Source: a virus
Reading direction: 5' to 3' (one strand)
IMG/VR virus record: IMGVR_UViG_3300045988_174992
DNA length: 64,000 bases
Shown here: positions 37,992 through 47,387 of the stretch, in pieces
How the letters are laid out: every line of letters begins with the position of its first letter
Position numbering within the stretch: position 1 is the first letter of the stretch
The notes under the pieces: generated by a model
What the model was told of the DNA's origin: nothing
The model's input: only the letters and a program-made list of their open reading frames with translations
Databases searched by the model: none
Made by a program: the position numbers and the translations under genes

Positions 37992-39538
37992 TTCTTAGAT
38001 TTGTTGTGTTTTAATTTTATAGACAAACTAGCATTTAATGGATTAGGAATAGATAATCCACCAACATCAAATGTCCATTTACTTACACCAGAGCTTACAA
38101 CTTCTAGAATCATTTTATTCTTTCTGATTCCAAAGTATACTTGTTTCATATCTACTGCTTTATGAATAATTGATGAAATAACATCCTCATTTTCAGACCC
38201 GTATTCTTCATTTATTTCTTTTATGCATATAGCCCATAATGGATATATAAAGAAACCATATTTAAGCTTAGGTTGATTTTCAGTATTAATTTTATCCCAA
38301 TCATACTTATTCAATAAATGAGATGTATCATTGTATCCTATTGCTTTGTATACTTCTTCAAAAAATTCTTTTGGGTTATCACCAACTATAGAATCTAAAA
38401 TTTCATTTATTTTAGAAAAATCTACTTTTGAATGCTTTTCATTTGCAAGATTTTTAAATTTCTTAAATGCTTCATTATTAGAAAGATATTTATCTACAAC
38501 ATATTTCTGTATTAGTGAATTTTTTTGATCGAATACAGACATACTATATGAGATAGCAATATTATTGATAAACTCTATTTCTTTATAGTCATACATTGCT
38601 TTTTTCTCTTTCTTATTCATCTGATCTTTTTCTTTCTTAAGATCATCAAGTTCATTTTCAACATTCTTTTTTAAGTTTGCAACAGTTTTAAGCATCAAAT
38701 CTTTACCAGCTGGTTTACCACCACCACCAAGTTGTTTAGCAGATACTTTATAACCATTAATATAGTAATCTATCAAAGGTTCATTAGAAACTGTAGGAAA
38801 AACTACCTTACAATCATTAAACAATCTAAAGAACAGGAATGGACCTAAAATTTCACCAAAGTCCTTTTCAATACAAGCAATGTCACCATTTTCTATGGGT
38901 TCAATATATTTCTTAATACTTGATAAATCTAATTCAATTCTGCCTTCAGAAGAAGTGTTGAAGAAATCATCTACAGTTCCTTCTTTAAATGATCCTTCTC
39001 TCTTTAAACTTCCATCATTCAATATATCAATTAACTTATCACAACATTTAACTATTTCTGGATGTTTTTCTTTTAATGAAGCTAAACCTCTATTTACCGC
39101 ATCCTTTAATTGTTTTCTATTATCAAAAGTATTTGATGATTCTGTTAGAACAAGAACTTTGTCAGGAGACAAATCTTTATTATGTAAAGTTTGTTTATCT
39201 TGTGTCTTATTAGCCACATAATAAACTTCATCGTTATAAGTAATTTTATAAGATTTATAAGTACCAGATGCTCCTTTTGATCTACCTACTACTTCAGAAT
39301 CATCATCTGATATAGATACACCTCTTGTGTCTTTAAATGCATCTTTCAAAAATTCTTTATTGGCATCTTCATCTGTACCCATTTCAAAACGCCCAACCTC
39401 CATAGGATCTTTATCCGCTGTTTTAAAATCAATATTATGTGAAACACAATATTTCTTTAAAATAGCTCTAAGATACGACTTATCTTTATTCGAAGACTTT
39501 CCTTCAAATATATCTACATAGTTTTCTAATGACTGCAT
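37988..39538 (-). CDS. hypothetical 516-aa protein with CTS-like leader, possible PD-(D/E)xK segment
   Basis: N-terminus MQSLENYVDIFEGK; IEKDFGEILGP...LIDYYINGYKVSAKQLGGGG resembles a D...(D/E)xK nuclease core (weak). Confidence 0.5.
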   Translation of the reverse strand: MQSLENYVDIFEGKSSNKDKSYLRAILKKYCVSHNIDFKTADKDPMEVGRFEMGTDEDANKEFLKDAFKDTRGVSISDDDSEVVGRSKGASGTYKSYKITYNDEVYYVANKTQDKQTLHNKDLSPDKVLVLTESSNTFDNRKQLKDAVNRGLASLKEKHPEIVKCCDKLIDILNDGSLKREGSFKEGTVDDFFNTSSEGRIELDLSSIKKYIEPIENGDIACIEKDFGEILGPFLFFRLFNDCKVVFPTVSNEPLIDYYINGYKVSAKQLGGGGKPAGKDLMLKTVANLKKNVENELDDLKKEKDQMNKKEKKAMYDYKEIEFINNIAISYSMSVFDQKNSLIQKYVVDKYLSNNEAFKKFKNLANEKHSKVDFSKINEILDSIVGDNPKEFFEEVYKAIGYNDTSHLLNKYDWDKINTENQPKLKYGFFIYPLWAICIKEINEEYGSENEDVISSIIHKAVDMKQVYFGIRKNKMILEVVSSGVSKWTFDVGGLSIPNPLNASLSIKLKHNKSKK

Positions 39539-39541
39539 AAA

Positions 39542-40150
39542 TCAATCAATATCAAATAAATTATCATTTTCTACATAACTTCCAAGTGAACAAAATGCAT
39601 CTTCATTCACTTTACTAAGTTCTTCTTTAAATTCATTAAACAACTTCTGTGCACCATCAGGCATCATCTTAACAAAAGCTGCCTTATCATCATCTTTGAT
39701 AGCTTGTCTAACTTTAGTAGCTGATATACCATCTACGGCAGAACTTGTTTCATCTCTTTCAATAACAAATACTTTGAAATCATCAGGAAAGTCCTTCAAA
39801 TATTTCTTATTGCTGGCCATTGATTTATACATCTTTTCTCTATCAGTACCACAACCCCAAAGATGGGCAGAATATCCTTTTTTAGCTAATTCTTCTCCTA
39901 TCTTATCTATAGCAGCATTTTTTACCCAAATAATATCTTGATAGAAATCTTTACTTCTCAGACAAGTATCTATTTCTTTCTTTATTAAATCATCAGAAAA
40001 TGGGTGTTTAGAATCAAATTTAGTGTTATGAATAAGACATAACACTGTTGGGTACCCATTTTCTTTATATAATGCTTCAAGAATTGATTGGTGACCTAAA
40101 GTAAATGGTTGGGTACGTCCAACCATTATATTGACATCTTTCTTCTCCAT
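39542..40150 (-). CDS. cytidylyltransferase-family nucleotidyltransferase (NMN adenylyltransferase-like)
   Basis: (H/T)xGH motif GRTQPFTLGH and ISxTxxR-like ISATKVR. Confidence 0.55.
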   Translation of the reverse strand: MEKKDVNIMVGRTQPFTLGHQSILEALYKENGYPTVLCLIHNTKFDSKHPFSDDLIKKEIDTCLRSKDFYQDIIWVKNAAIDKIGEELAKKGYSAHLWGCGTDREKMYKSMASNKKYLKDFPDDFKVFVIERDETSSAVDGISATKVRQAIKDDDKAAFVKMMPDGAQKLFNEFKEELSKVNEDAFCSLGSYVENDNLFDID

Positions 40151-40152
40151 AA

Positions 40153-40521
40153 TTATCTGAATAATCTATGAAATTCTTGATTATTTTCAATGAAGTCAGG
40201 ATGCCACATTTCAGTACCTCTACCAGTTGCTGCAAATTGTACAAAGTCATTTTCATCCTGATCCCATGCAAGTATCTCACACCATTTAGCTTTTGGGTTG
40301 TAAGCTTTGATTGTAGCATCACAATCGGCAAGGAATTGATCTTTTGACTTTCTTGCCAAATTTGTCACCATTTCTATATAGATAGGACCAAAGCTTTCTC
40401 TCATCCACTTTCCTTCATGTCCAATAAGCTGAATTCTATCTTTGAACTTTGAAGGATCATTGTTTTTAGCCTCTTCATACCTCTTCATATTTATAAACCT
40501 CACCTTTAGCTTTAGCTTCAT
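40153..40521 (-). CDS. hypothetical protein (122 aa; alternative start 40488)
   Basis: ORF; a 35-aa ORF upstream overlaps its 5' end, so Met12 (40488) may be the true start. Confidence 0.5.
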   Translation of the reverse strand: MKLKLKVRFINMKRYEEAKNNDPSKFKDRIQLIGHEGKWMRESFGPIYIEMVTNLARKSKDQFLADCDATIKAYNPKAKWCEILAWDQDENDFVQFAATGRGTEMWHPDFIENNQEFHRLFR

Positions 40522-40607
40522 CTATCATATATGATGTTATCTGTTGACAACTTTCATCAACACATTTTGTTAAGATCTTCATAACTTTATAATATTAAAT
40601 TCTTTAT

Positions 40608-41015
40608 TTAAAAATCTGGATTTGTACGTATACTGAATGATAGCGATTGAACTGGCATACTATCAGCTGGAATTCCCATGGTCTTTGCAAGTTCTTTGTT
40701 TAATTCTAGACAAGAATTCCATTGATTCTTATCTATTTCCTTTCTTCTATCAATATCCTTTTGCTTATATTCCTGACCGGTTTCATCATACATCCTGCAT
40801 AATGCATCATAGAATTTGTCAATTTCTTCTTTCTTAGAAATTTCACAACGATACATATAGTCAAAATATTTCTTATAGTTCTTCTGCCTCTTTATAGGAA
40901 ATGCCGCAGAAATAGTAAAATCAGTAAAATACTTATTGATAATCTCTCTATTCTTTGATATTTGGGCATTAGAATCAAATCCTGCTTCAGTAATATATTC
41001 AGTTAAGTTTTTCAT
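40608..41015 (-). CDS. hypothetical protein (135 aa) with CTS-like leader
   Basis: N-terminus MKNLTEYITEAG. Confidence 0.55.
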   Translation of the reverse strand: MKNLTEYITEAGFDSNAQISKNREIINKYFTDFTISAAFPIKRQKNYKKYFDYMYRCEISKKEEIDKFYDALCRMYDETGQEYKQKDIDRRKEIDKNQWNSCLELNKELAKTMGIPADSMPVQSLSFSIRTNPDF

Positions 41016-41059
41016 TCTTTTTTATTCAAATCGATTTAAGTAAAAATAGATTTTATGAG

Positions 41060-41092
41060 AATTGGACAACTATCAAAGATTGTTGTCCAATT
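41060..41092 (-). terminator. hairpin overlapping the end of 41073-41336
   Basis: AATTGGACAAC...GTTGTCCAATT 11-bp stem. Confidence 0.4.
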
Positions 41093-41336
41093 CATAGAAT
41101 GCTCGATATCCACATAACAAAAATATTCCTATATAATAGATATAGAAGAATCCAATCCAAATATCAAACAAAATCAAAAATGGTAATGATATTATCAAAA
41201 TGAATGGAAAGAATTCAATAAATATTTTTGTTGCCCATATAAACAAGAAGGTTATCCCAATTACCCATCCAAAAATATTTGATGACAACCTGTCAAATTT
41301 CTTAAGTTTGCTATTTATCAGTGATTTCCAATCCAT
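41073..41336 (-). CDS. small membrane protein (87 aa)
   Basis: Two to three hydrophobic helices (GWVIGITFLFIWATKIF..., ILIISLPFLILF...). Confidence 0.5.
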   Translation of the reverse strand: MDWKSLINSKLKKFDRLSSNIFGWVIGITFLFIWATKIFIEFFPFILIISLPFLILFDIWIGFFYIYYIGIFLLCGYRAFYELDNNL

Positions 41337-41547
41337 CTTTCTTCTCTTTCTTTTTCTTTTCTCTCAATTCTAGATACTTAATTACATAAAACAACCAACT
41401 TACAACAAAGAACATAAAAATATATGCTGTATATTGTATTGGTAATATTACAGAGTAAAATAATAAAATGACAATATTGACAATCATCAAATTATACCAT
41501 TTTGTACTCCAATATGTTTTTTGGCCAAAATACTGTGAATCATCCAT
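41311..41547 (-). CDS. small membrane protein (78 aa)
   Basis: Two hydrophobic helices, Lys/Glu-rich tail. Confidence 0.5.
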   Translation of the reverse strand: MDDSQYFGQKTYWSTKWYNLMIVNIVILLFYSVILPIQYTAYIFMFFVVSWLFYVIKYLELREKKKKEKKDGLEITDK

Positions 41548-42007
41548 GTTTTGTCTTCAATTTATTTACTTCATTACCGTAATCAAATGCATTCAAAAGC
41601 TTATTTATAGTTAATTTCAGCTGTTCTGGTGTAGTAGTATCATCTATGGCATCTACTCCAGACCAAGCAATACTTGAATACTCTGATCTTTCATACATAC
41701 AAATACTGTTACCAATAGCTGTAGAATTAGAGAAACAGATTTCAATAGACTTACCATAGAATCGTGGACCTTTGTACAATCTTTCTACTCTATCAACGAT
41801 CATATAATTAGTAGAAACATATACTGCACCTATCATCTTCTTTGTAATGATGATCTTTCCAACAAAACGTTCAACATCATATTTTTGAATTTCAATTTCA
41901 TCTATCTGCTTCTGAATATTCTGTTGTTCATCAGCTAGCTTGTTTCTTTTTAGACGTAGATCATCTTGCTTTTTCTGCAATTCATCGAATTTTTCTTTCT
42001 CGATCAT
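41540..42007 (-). CDS. hypothetical protein with N-terminal coiled coil (155 aa)
   Basis: ORF only. Confidence 0.55.
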   Translation of the reverse strand: MIEKEKFDELQKKQDDLRLKRNKLADEQQNIQKQIDEIEIQKYDVERFVGKIIITKKMIGAVYVSTNYMIVDRVERLYKGPRFYGKSIEICFSNSTAIGNSICMYERSEYSSIAWSGVDAIDDTTTPEQLKLTINKLLNAFDYGNEVNKLKTKHG

Positions 42008-42032
42008 TTTCTTTCCTTTATATATTTATATT

Positions 42033-42554
42033 TTAATCATGTGGTTCGTATGTATTAGTATGCTTGTAATGTTCATACTCCATACTGAACAAGTACCATC
42101 TCTTATATTTTGTCAACCAACTGATTGGGCATACTTTATGAATATCTTCATTACCAAAGAAGATACCATTTTCAGCACAATAGTATTCACGTTTCTTACC
42201 TGTTCTAGGATCAACCAATACAATGAACTTCTCACCAGTATTTTCATCTACATAATACTTTTCTACTTCATCTTCATTTGTGTATACTAGAACTTTCTCA
42301 TAATATTCTGTATCATATAGAACGAATGCAGCTAATCTTGGCAATGTTTCTTTCTTTGTCTTAGCATAACCAAGCTCATGAAAACTTACCATTGTTGCAG
42401 TATTTCCATGTTCCTTAGTCTTAGCTTCTTCAAAAGCTTCAACATCTTCTTGAGTCATCATAGATTCTGTCTCATAGATGGCTGTATACTCAAGATAAGG
42501 AATTGTTGATGTAGCAGATATGTCTACACGATAGTTTACTAAATACTTTCTCAT
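42033..42554 (-). CDS. hypothetical protein (173 aa)
   Basis: ORF; promoter 42585-42614. Confidence 0.55.
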   Translation of the reverse strand: MRKYLVNYRVDISATSTIPYLEYTAIYETESMMTQEDVEAFEEAKTKEHGNTATMVSFHELGYAKTKKETLPRLAAFVLYDTEYYEKVLVYTNEDEVEKYYVDENTGEKFIVLVDPRTGKKREYYCAENGIFFGNEDIHKVCPISWLTKYKRWYLFSMEYEHYKHTNTYEPHD

Positions 42555-42584
42555 TTTAATTATATTTTAATTATTAACAATTAT

Positions 42585-42614
42585 AATATAGAACTTTTTA
42601 AGTAAATTTCAAAA
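42585..42614 (-). promoter_or_regulatory. phage consensus promoter
   Basis: AATATAGAACTTTTTAAGTAAATTTCAAAA. Confidence 0.6.
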
Positions 42615-42620
42615 TAATGC

Positions 42621-42650
42621 AAAAAAGGATGATCTTAAGATCATCCTTTC
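42621..42650 (-). terminator. rho-independent terminator
   Basis: GGATGATC-TTAA-GATCATCC with U6 in minus sense. Confidence 0.75.
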
Positions 42651-42658
42651 TACATATT

Positions 42659-42979
42659 TTAGTTTATCATCTTCGAAATTCTGTCATAATAAACATTTGA
42701 CATGATTTTACAAAATGTACCTTGGTCAATAACAAACTTATCAACAACATGTCCTCCATTAGAAATTGTCACTTTAATATTCAATGAGTTAGGTGAATTC
42801 CATCCCACATTCATCGGTCTCATATTGGTGTAAGCAACTATTTTATTTCCAGGAAACATTTTATGATCTACCATGAACTGGGTAATATGGCTCTTTTCAC
42901 CAATATAGCATTCAAATGAAAATCCATATTCATTCTTCCAGTTTACTTTTCTATTTATATATCTCATAGTCTTATCCAA
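42659..42979 (-). CDS. hypothetical protein (106 aa)
   Basis: ORF; terminator 42621-42650 downstream. Confidence 0.55.
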   Translation of the reverse strand: MDKTMRYINRKVNWKNEYGFSFECYIGEKSHITQFMVDHKMFPGNKIVAYTNMRPMNVGWNSPNSLNIKVTISNGGHVVDKFVIDQGTFCKIMSNVYYDRISKMIN

Positions 42980-42990
42980 TATTGAGTTAT

Positions 42991-43749
42991 TTATTTGAAG
43001 TTCTTATACTTGTCAATGTACTCCTGTGGAGAAAGAATATTGGTATCATCAGGAACATCAGTTACCTTAGCTTCTGCAATCTCATCAATCTTGCTTGTTC
43101 TTTCCATAACAGTCATCTCATTAGTATAGTCGCCCATCAAATCACTCAAGTCAATATCAAACTTAACAGCCTTAGAACATGAATTAGCAATATAAGTTGA
43201 AATCAATGTAAGTACCTCTGCTCGTTTCATCTCAATCTTGTTGCTAAGCTTAGCCATTGTTGCATTGACACTCATCACTTGATTCCTCAAATTATCCAAT
43301 GATTTCTGAGATGCAGCAATTGACTTATCAAGCTGTTCTACCTGCATTACCATCTGGCCACCAATATTAGGATCCGAATCAGGATTTTCCTTCATCTTCA
43401 AGATGGATGATACAATATTATGCTTCGCATTTTGCAACTTAGTGATATTGCTGTTGATATTTGATTCAGTATTTGTGAGATTTACAATTACTTTCTTTAC
43501 TTCATCAACCTTAGCGGCTTTATAATCATCCAATGCATCAAGCATTTCTTGCTGGATATCTTCCGGTGTTCGCAACTTACGATTCAAATCATCCATATAA
43601 TGTGAGAACTTCTTCTGAAGAGTACATGCTAGCTTCTCACCAGAACTCTTCTTGTAATTAGCTTTCTTTCGTCCACTAAGATAGCATACTACCAAGAAAG
43701 TTACAACTACGATTACAATACCTAAAATTACATTTGTTACCATTTCCAT
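42991..43749 (-). CDS. membrane-anchored coiled-coil protein (252 aa)
   Basis: N-terminal TM helix VILGIVIVVVTFLVVCYL followed by a long coiled coil. Confidence 0.55.
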   Translation of the reverse strand: MEMVTNVILGIVIVVVTFLVVCYLSGRKKANYKKSSGEKLACTLQKKFSHYMDDLNRKLRTPEDIQQEMLDALDDYKAAKVDEVKKVIVNLTNTESNINSNITKLQNAKHNIVSSILKMKENPDSDPNIGGQMVMQVEQLDKSIAASQKSLDNLRNQVMSVNATMAKLSNKIEMKRAEVLTLISTYIANSCSKAVKFDIDLSDLMGDYTNEMTVMERTSKIDEIAEAKVTDVPDDTNILSPQEYIDKYKNFK

Positions 43750-43751
43750 TT

Positions 43752-44060
43752 TTATTTACTTAATTTTCTAATTAATTTATTAATATCTGATTGCAAATCT
43801 TCTTCTGCATATTTATTCAATTCATTCTGCTTATTTCTGTTTCTTCTTTCATTCTCATTGTAATATTGATTAAACTTACTATAAGAAATGAATGGGGCAC
43901 AATAGAAGTTTTCAGTTATTGAATTTCCTGTTATATCTTCATAATTATATCTGTTTTCTGACTTGAATACCCATCTGAATGCATTTACAATAAAATAGAA
44001 TACTACGCAGATATTTGTACATCTATAGAATGCCCACCAGAATCTTTCTGTTTCACACAT
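43752..44060 (-). CDS. small membrane protein (102 aa)
   Basis: One hydrophobic helix; overlaps the upstream ORF by 58 nt. Confidence 0.45.
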   Translation of the reverse strand: MCETERFWWAFYRCTNICVVFYFIVNAFRWVFKSENRYNYEDITGNSITENFYCAPFISYSKFNQYYNENERRNRNKQNELNKYAEEDLQSDINKLIRKLSK

Positions 44061-44263
44061 CTTTCTAGACTAGGTATATTGCTATGACAGATAATAGTTG
44101 TGAAGAAAATTACTGTTGTAATAGCAACAACTGTATAGATAACTAAAAATGATATGTCACATACCACCAAATTATATTTTGCATCTTTCTTTGGAAGATA
44201 CATGCATCCAAAAATTCCAAGCAAATTTGCTCTAATCCATTGTAATAATTTATTATTCATCAT
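44003..44263 (-). CDS. small membrane protein (86 aa)
   Basis: Two hydrophobic helices. Confidence 0.45.
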   Translation of the reverse strand: MMNNKLLQWIRANLLGIFGCMYLPKKDAKYNLVVCDISFLVIYTVVAITTVIFFTTIICHSNIPSLERCVKQKDSGGHSIDVQISA

Positions 44264-44272
44264 ATTTTTAAC

Positions 44273-44560
44273 TTATTTCTGTATAGACAACTGAGTATAC
44301 AAATCACCAATAAATGAATCAAGATTCCATCTTCCTGTAGTAGTACCGTGAAAACGATATCTTGTACCACATTTAGGACATTCATTTACCATCATCAATC
44401 CAAGATCTCCACTATCACACCAACCAATTACATGATTAGTATCTTGTGTATTGCATTCTGGACATCTGAAATCTTTTACATAAGGATCTGTTGATTCTCT
44501 TTTCAGTTTCAACAACTTATCCCATCTAGAACCTAATAGTTCTTTCCAAGTCTTTTCCAT
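44273..44560 (-). CDS. zinc-ribbon protein (95 aa)
   Basis: CPECNT...CPKCGT; promoter 44608-44636. Confidence 0.55.
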   Translation of the reverse strand: MEKTWKELLGSRWDKLLKLKRESTDPYVKDFRCPECNTQDTNHVIGWCDSGDLGLMMVNECPKCGTRYRFHGTTTGRWNLDSFIGDLYTQLSIQK

Positions 44561-44607
44561 TTATTTCTTAATTGATGTTACAATGTTGTTAATTTTTATA
44601 CATAATA

Positions 44608-44636
44608 AATATAGAATACATATCAGGAATTTCAAA
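44608..44636 (-). promoter_or_regulatory. phage consensus promoter
   Basis: AATATAGAATACATATCAGGAATTTCAAA. Confidence 0.6.
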
Positions 44637-44640
44637 TAGA

Positions 44641-44877
44641 ATGAATCAAAATTATAAAAAAATACAAGGGCTACCTCTTTCAGCATTACAACCTATGATA
44701 TTAGGAAAGAATGTTGAAATGGTAGCCACATGTTATCTATTTCCAGATTTTCATGTTGTTGGAATAGTATATAAAATTGAACAACCATCAAATACTTGTA
44801 TCATATATGTAAAAGAAAAGAACAGAATAGTAAAAGTTGATGGTGGAATGAATGGTTTGTCATTTATTTACCAATAA
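44641..44877 (+). CDS. hypothetical protein (78 aa), uncertain
   Basis: Only ORF filling a 300-nt gap between minus-strand genes; no plus-orientation promoter motif seen. Confidence 0.35.
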   Translation: MNQNYKKIQGLPLSALQPMILGKNVEMVATCYLFPDFHVVGIVYKIEQPSNTCIIYVKEKNRIVKVDGGMNGLSFIYQ

Positions 44878-45440
44878 CCACTATTCAATGTTCCATTCTT
44901 TCTTGCTTCTTTTACTTGTGCTTCTCTTATCTTTATATCTAATATAAGTTTACCTAATGGTTTCAAGAATGGCTTAATAGTTTTTTGTACTGGATATTCT
45001 TTATTTTCTTTATTACAATGGCTAACCCATTGATTTTCTACATAAGAATCATATAATGCATCTTCTTCTGGCTTCTTCAATTCTCCTGTTATGCTATTTA
45101 CATTATTCATCATTGAAAGAATACCTTCCCAATAGCAAACATCAAATGCTTCTTCATCATATTTTGGTGCTATAAAATCAATATGAAGAGAAATATATCT
45201 GAATAAAGTAATTTCTATATATGGATCTTCTTCATATTCAAGCATCCCATATTTGCTTTTCCAACCTAATCCAACCCCATATATTTCTAATATATTCATT
45301 GGATCTACACCATGATACTTTCTCTTCAAAAATCTAAATTTCATCTTTGGTTTCATGAAGTACCTTCTTCCATACTTCTCCCATATTTCTAATGGATTTT
45401 CCCAATCGATTTTAAATAAATTATAAAACTTCCAATACAT
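44868..45440 (-). CDS. hypothetical protein (190 aa)
   Basis: ORF only. Confidence 0.55.
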   Translation of the reverse strand: MYWKFYNLFKIDWENPLEIWEKYGRRYFMKPKMKFRFLKRKYHGVDPMNILEIYGVGLGWKSKYGMLEYEEDPYIEITLFRYISLHIDFIAPKYDEEAFDVCYWEGILSMMNNVNSITGELKKPEEDALYDSYVENQWVSHCNKENKEYPVQKTIKPFLKPLGKLILDIKIREAQVKEARKNGTLNSGYW

Positions 45441-45457
45441 TATTTTATATGAATTAT

Positions 45458-46711
45458 TTAGTTACTGCCATTCATCATATTCATGATGATTTCTTTCTTT
45501 TTTGGAGTCATATTTTCTAATATCTTATCAGTTGCATCTTTCAAAGTCATCTTTACTGTTGATAGAGAAACACCTTCATTTTCCGCTAATTCTGATACTG
45601 ACATGCTGTAAGGCATGCCAACACCATATCGTTTCTTCATCATTCTCTTTGCAGTAGGTGACAATGGTTCTAACAATTCATCTATAGCATTCCTCAAGCT
45701 AGATATACGTTCTTCTTCATCTAACTTATTGTCTTCAATGATGAATTCATCATTAGCCATCTTGCTTATATCATTATCATGATAGCAATCATCTGTATAA
45801 GGATTGATTCCATCTAATCTTATTATATCAGCTAATTTTGTTCCTTTACCAGCATTAGGTACTCTTACAACTTGACCTTGTCTTGATATATCTACTAATA
45901 TGCTTGCACGAATCCATTGAAATGCAACAGAAGCAAATACTGCAGTCTTTACATTCTTATCAACCCAAGCATAGAATTCTGATGTATTGTTGAATCCATC
46001 GACAGGTAATTTGCTCAATGTTTCATCAAGAAGCTTATCATAAGTAAATCCTTCTTTTATTATGCTCTTAGCTTTTTCATAGCATATAGGACTATCCTCA
46101 TCACATTCTAGCTTTATCTTTTGCTTGATAGAATTTCTCAGATTTGCTTTAGATGTATCAAATCTGTCGAATGCCGCTATCAATCCTTCATTACCAGATT
46201 GAATCAAATCATCAAATGGCATACCAAGATTCTGATAACGTTTAGCACAGTTTACAACTAATTTAAGATTGTTCTTTAAGAATATATCTCTATTTTCATC
46301 ACAGAATACTAAATCATCACATTCATTTTGTGGATGCTCTATATATTGCTTCTTTACTTCATTGAAGTATCTGTCTATATTGTTGTCAAAAGTCTTATCA
46401 GTATACTGCTTTACTAAACTTGCTCTTGCTTTTTTCTTAGCGGCAAGATATAATGTAGTTGCATCTGTTCTAGAAATAAATGGAGCTACTCTCATAGCTT
46501 CATCTATATAAGTACAAATGATATCCTTTTCATGACAATCCCTTATAGATCTTATTTCATCCTTCATTAACTGAATCCAATCTGCGAGGAAATTATCTTC
46601 TTCTATACCTAACCAAGGGCCAAATACAGGATATTTCTTTTTCAATGCTTTTACAAAGTCAACAATACGCTTTGTATTTGTTTTATTTATAGTTACTTTA
46701 ATACGTGGCAC
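45458..46711 (-). CDS. sigma-70 family RNA polymerase sigma factor
   Basis: Region 2 [35 protein letters not shown]; region 4 [21 protein letters not shown]; long N-terminal extension. Confidence 0.8.
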   Translation of the reverse strand: MPRIKVTINKTNTKRIVDFVKALKKKYPVFGPWLGIEEDNFLADWIQLMKDEIRSIRDCHEKDIICTYIDEAMRVAPFISRTDATTLYLAAKKKARASLVKQYTDKTFDNNIDRYFNEVKKQYIEHPQNECDDLVFCDENRDIFLKNNLKLVVNCAKRYQNLGMPFDDLIQSGNEGLIAAFDRFDTSKANLRNSIKQKIKLECDEDSPICYEKAKSIIKEGFTYDKLLDETLSKLPVDGFNNTSEFYAWVDKNVKTAVFASVAFQWIRASILVDISRQGQVVRVPNAGKGTKLADIIRLDGINPYTDDCYHDNDISKMANDEFIIEDNKLDEEERISSLRNAIDELLEPLSPTAKRMMKKRYGVGMPYSMSVSELAENEGVSLSTVKMTLKDATDKILENMTPKKKEIIMNMMNGSN

Positions 46712-46745
46712 TTTTTACTTTTTACATGTATTTTCAATACAATTA

Positions 46746-46775
46746 AAATAGTAAAAATACCACGTATTATTCAAA
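46746..46775 (-). promoter_or_regulatory. promoter-like motif upstream of the sigma factor gene
   Basis: AAATAGTAAAAATACCACGTATTATTCAAA (variant -33 TTTGAAT). Confidence 0.45.
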
Positions 46776-46802
46776 CATACAAATGTTAAATATTATTAAA
46801 AT

Positions 46803-47387
46803 TTAAGATAGAGCCTTTTTAATCTCATCTAGCTTTTCTTTATGTTCTTTTATTTCTTCTACAGTTGCCAATCTGATAGTAGTATGAAGCAATTTGTTAT
46901 TTTCTTGGACATGAAATTCTTCAGTATCATGATCTTTAACTAATGGAATAAATCCAACTCCTGCATCTATACCACCAGCTAAGATTTGACAACCACGATG
47001 CCAACTTTTATCAATATTGATACCAAACTTTGGAATCTTATCATTCCAAGAAAATCCAGTAACTTCAAACCCTTTATAATATCCAATACTTACAGGGGCA
47101 TTAGCACTTATCTTAAATTCTTTCGTCTTAGTATCATATTCCATATTAGGTGAAACAGCAACCATATCACCTTTCTTGATACCTAAACTAGTAATATACT
47201 TGTCTTCAAATTCTTTTTCAACAAACTTTCTAAGATTGTTTGCCCAATATACTGCTTTGTTGAATGCATAATAAGTATCAGCATCATCTACCAATCTTTC
47301 TGTACCATCTATATCGTTAATTGCAAATCTGTCTTCCTCTATAGTGACATTACATCTCTTGGAAACTTTTACTTTCTTGAACTCCAT
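46803..47387 (-). CDS. hypothetical protein (194 aa)
   Basis: ORF only. Confidence 0.55.
   Translation of the reverse strand: MEFKKVKVSKRCNVTIEEDRFAINDIDGTERLVDDADTYYAFNKAVYWANNLRKFVEKEFEDKYITSLGIKKGDMVAVSPNMEYDTKTKEFKISANAPVSIGYYKGFEVTGFSWNDKIPKFGINIDKSWHRGCQILAGGIDAGVGFIPLVKDHDTEEFHVQENNKLLHTTIRLATVEEIKEHKEKLDEIKKALS

Noticed and set aside
39542-40150. NAD reconstitution pathway (Nampt + Nmnat) as counter-defence
   Set aside because: Only the adenylyltransferase-like gene is present. None of the neighbouring ORFs shows Nampt-like features, so the known two-gene pathway cannot be called.
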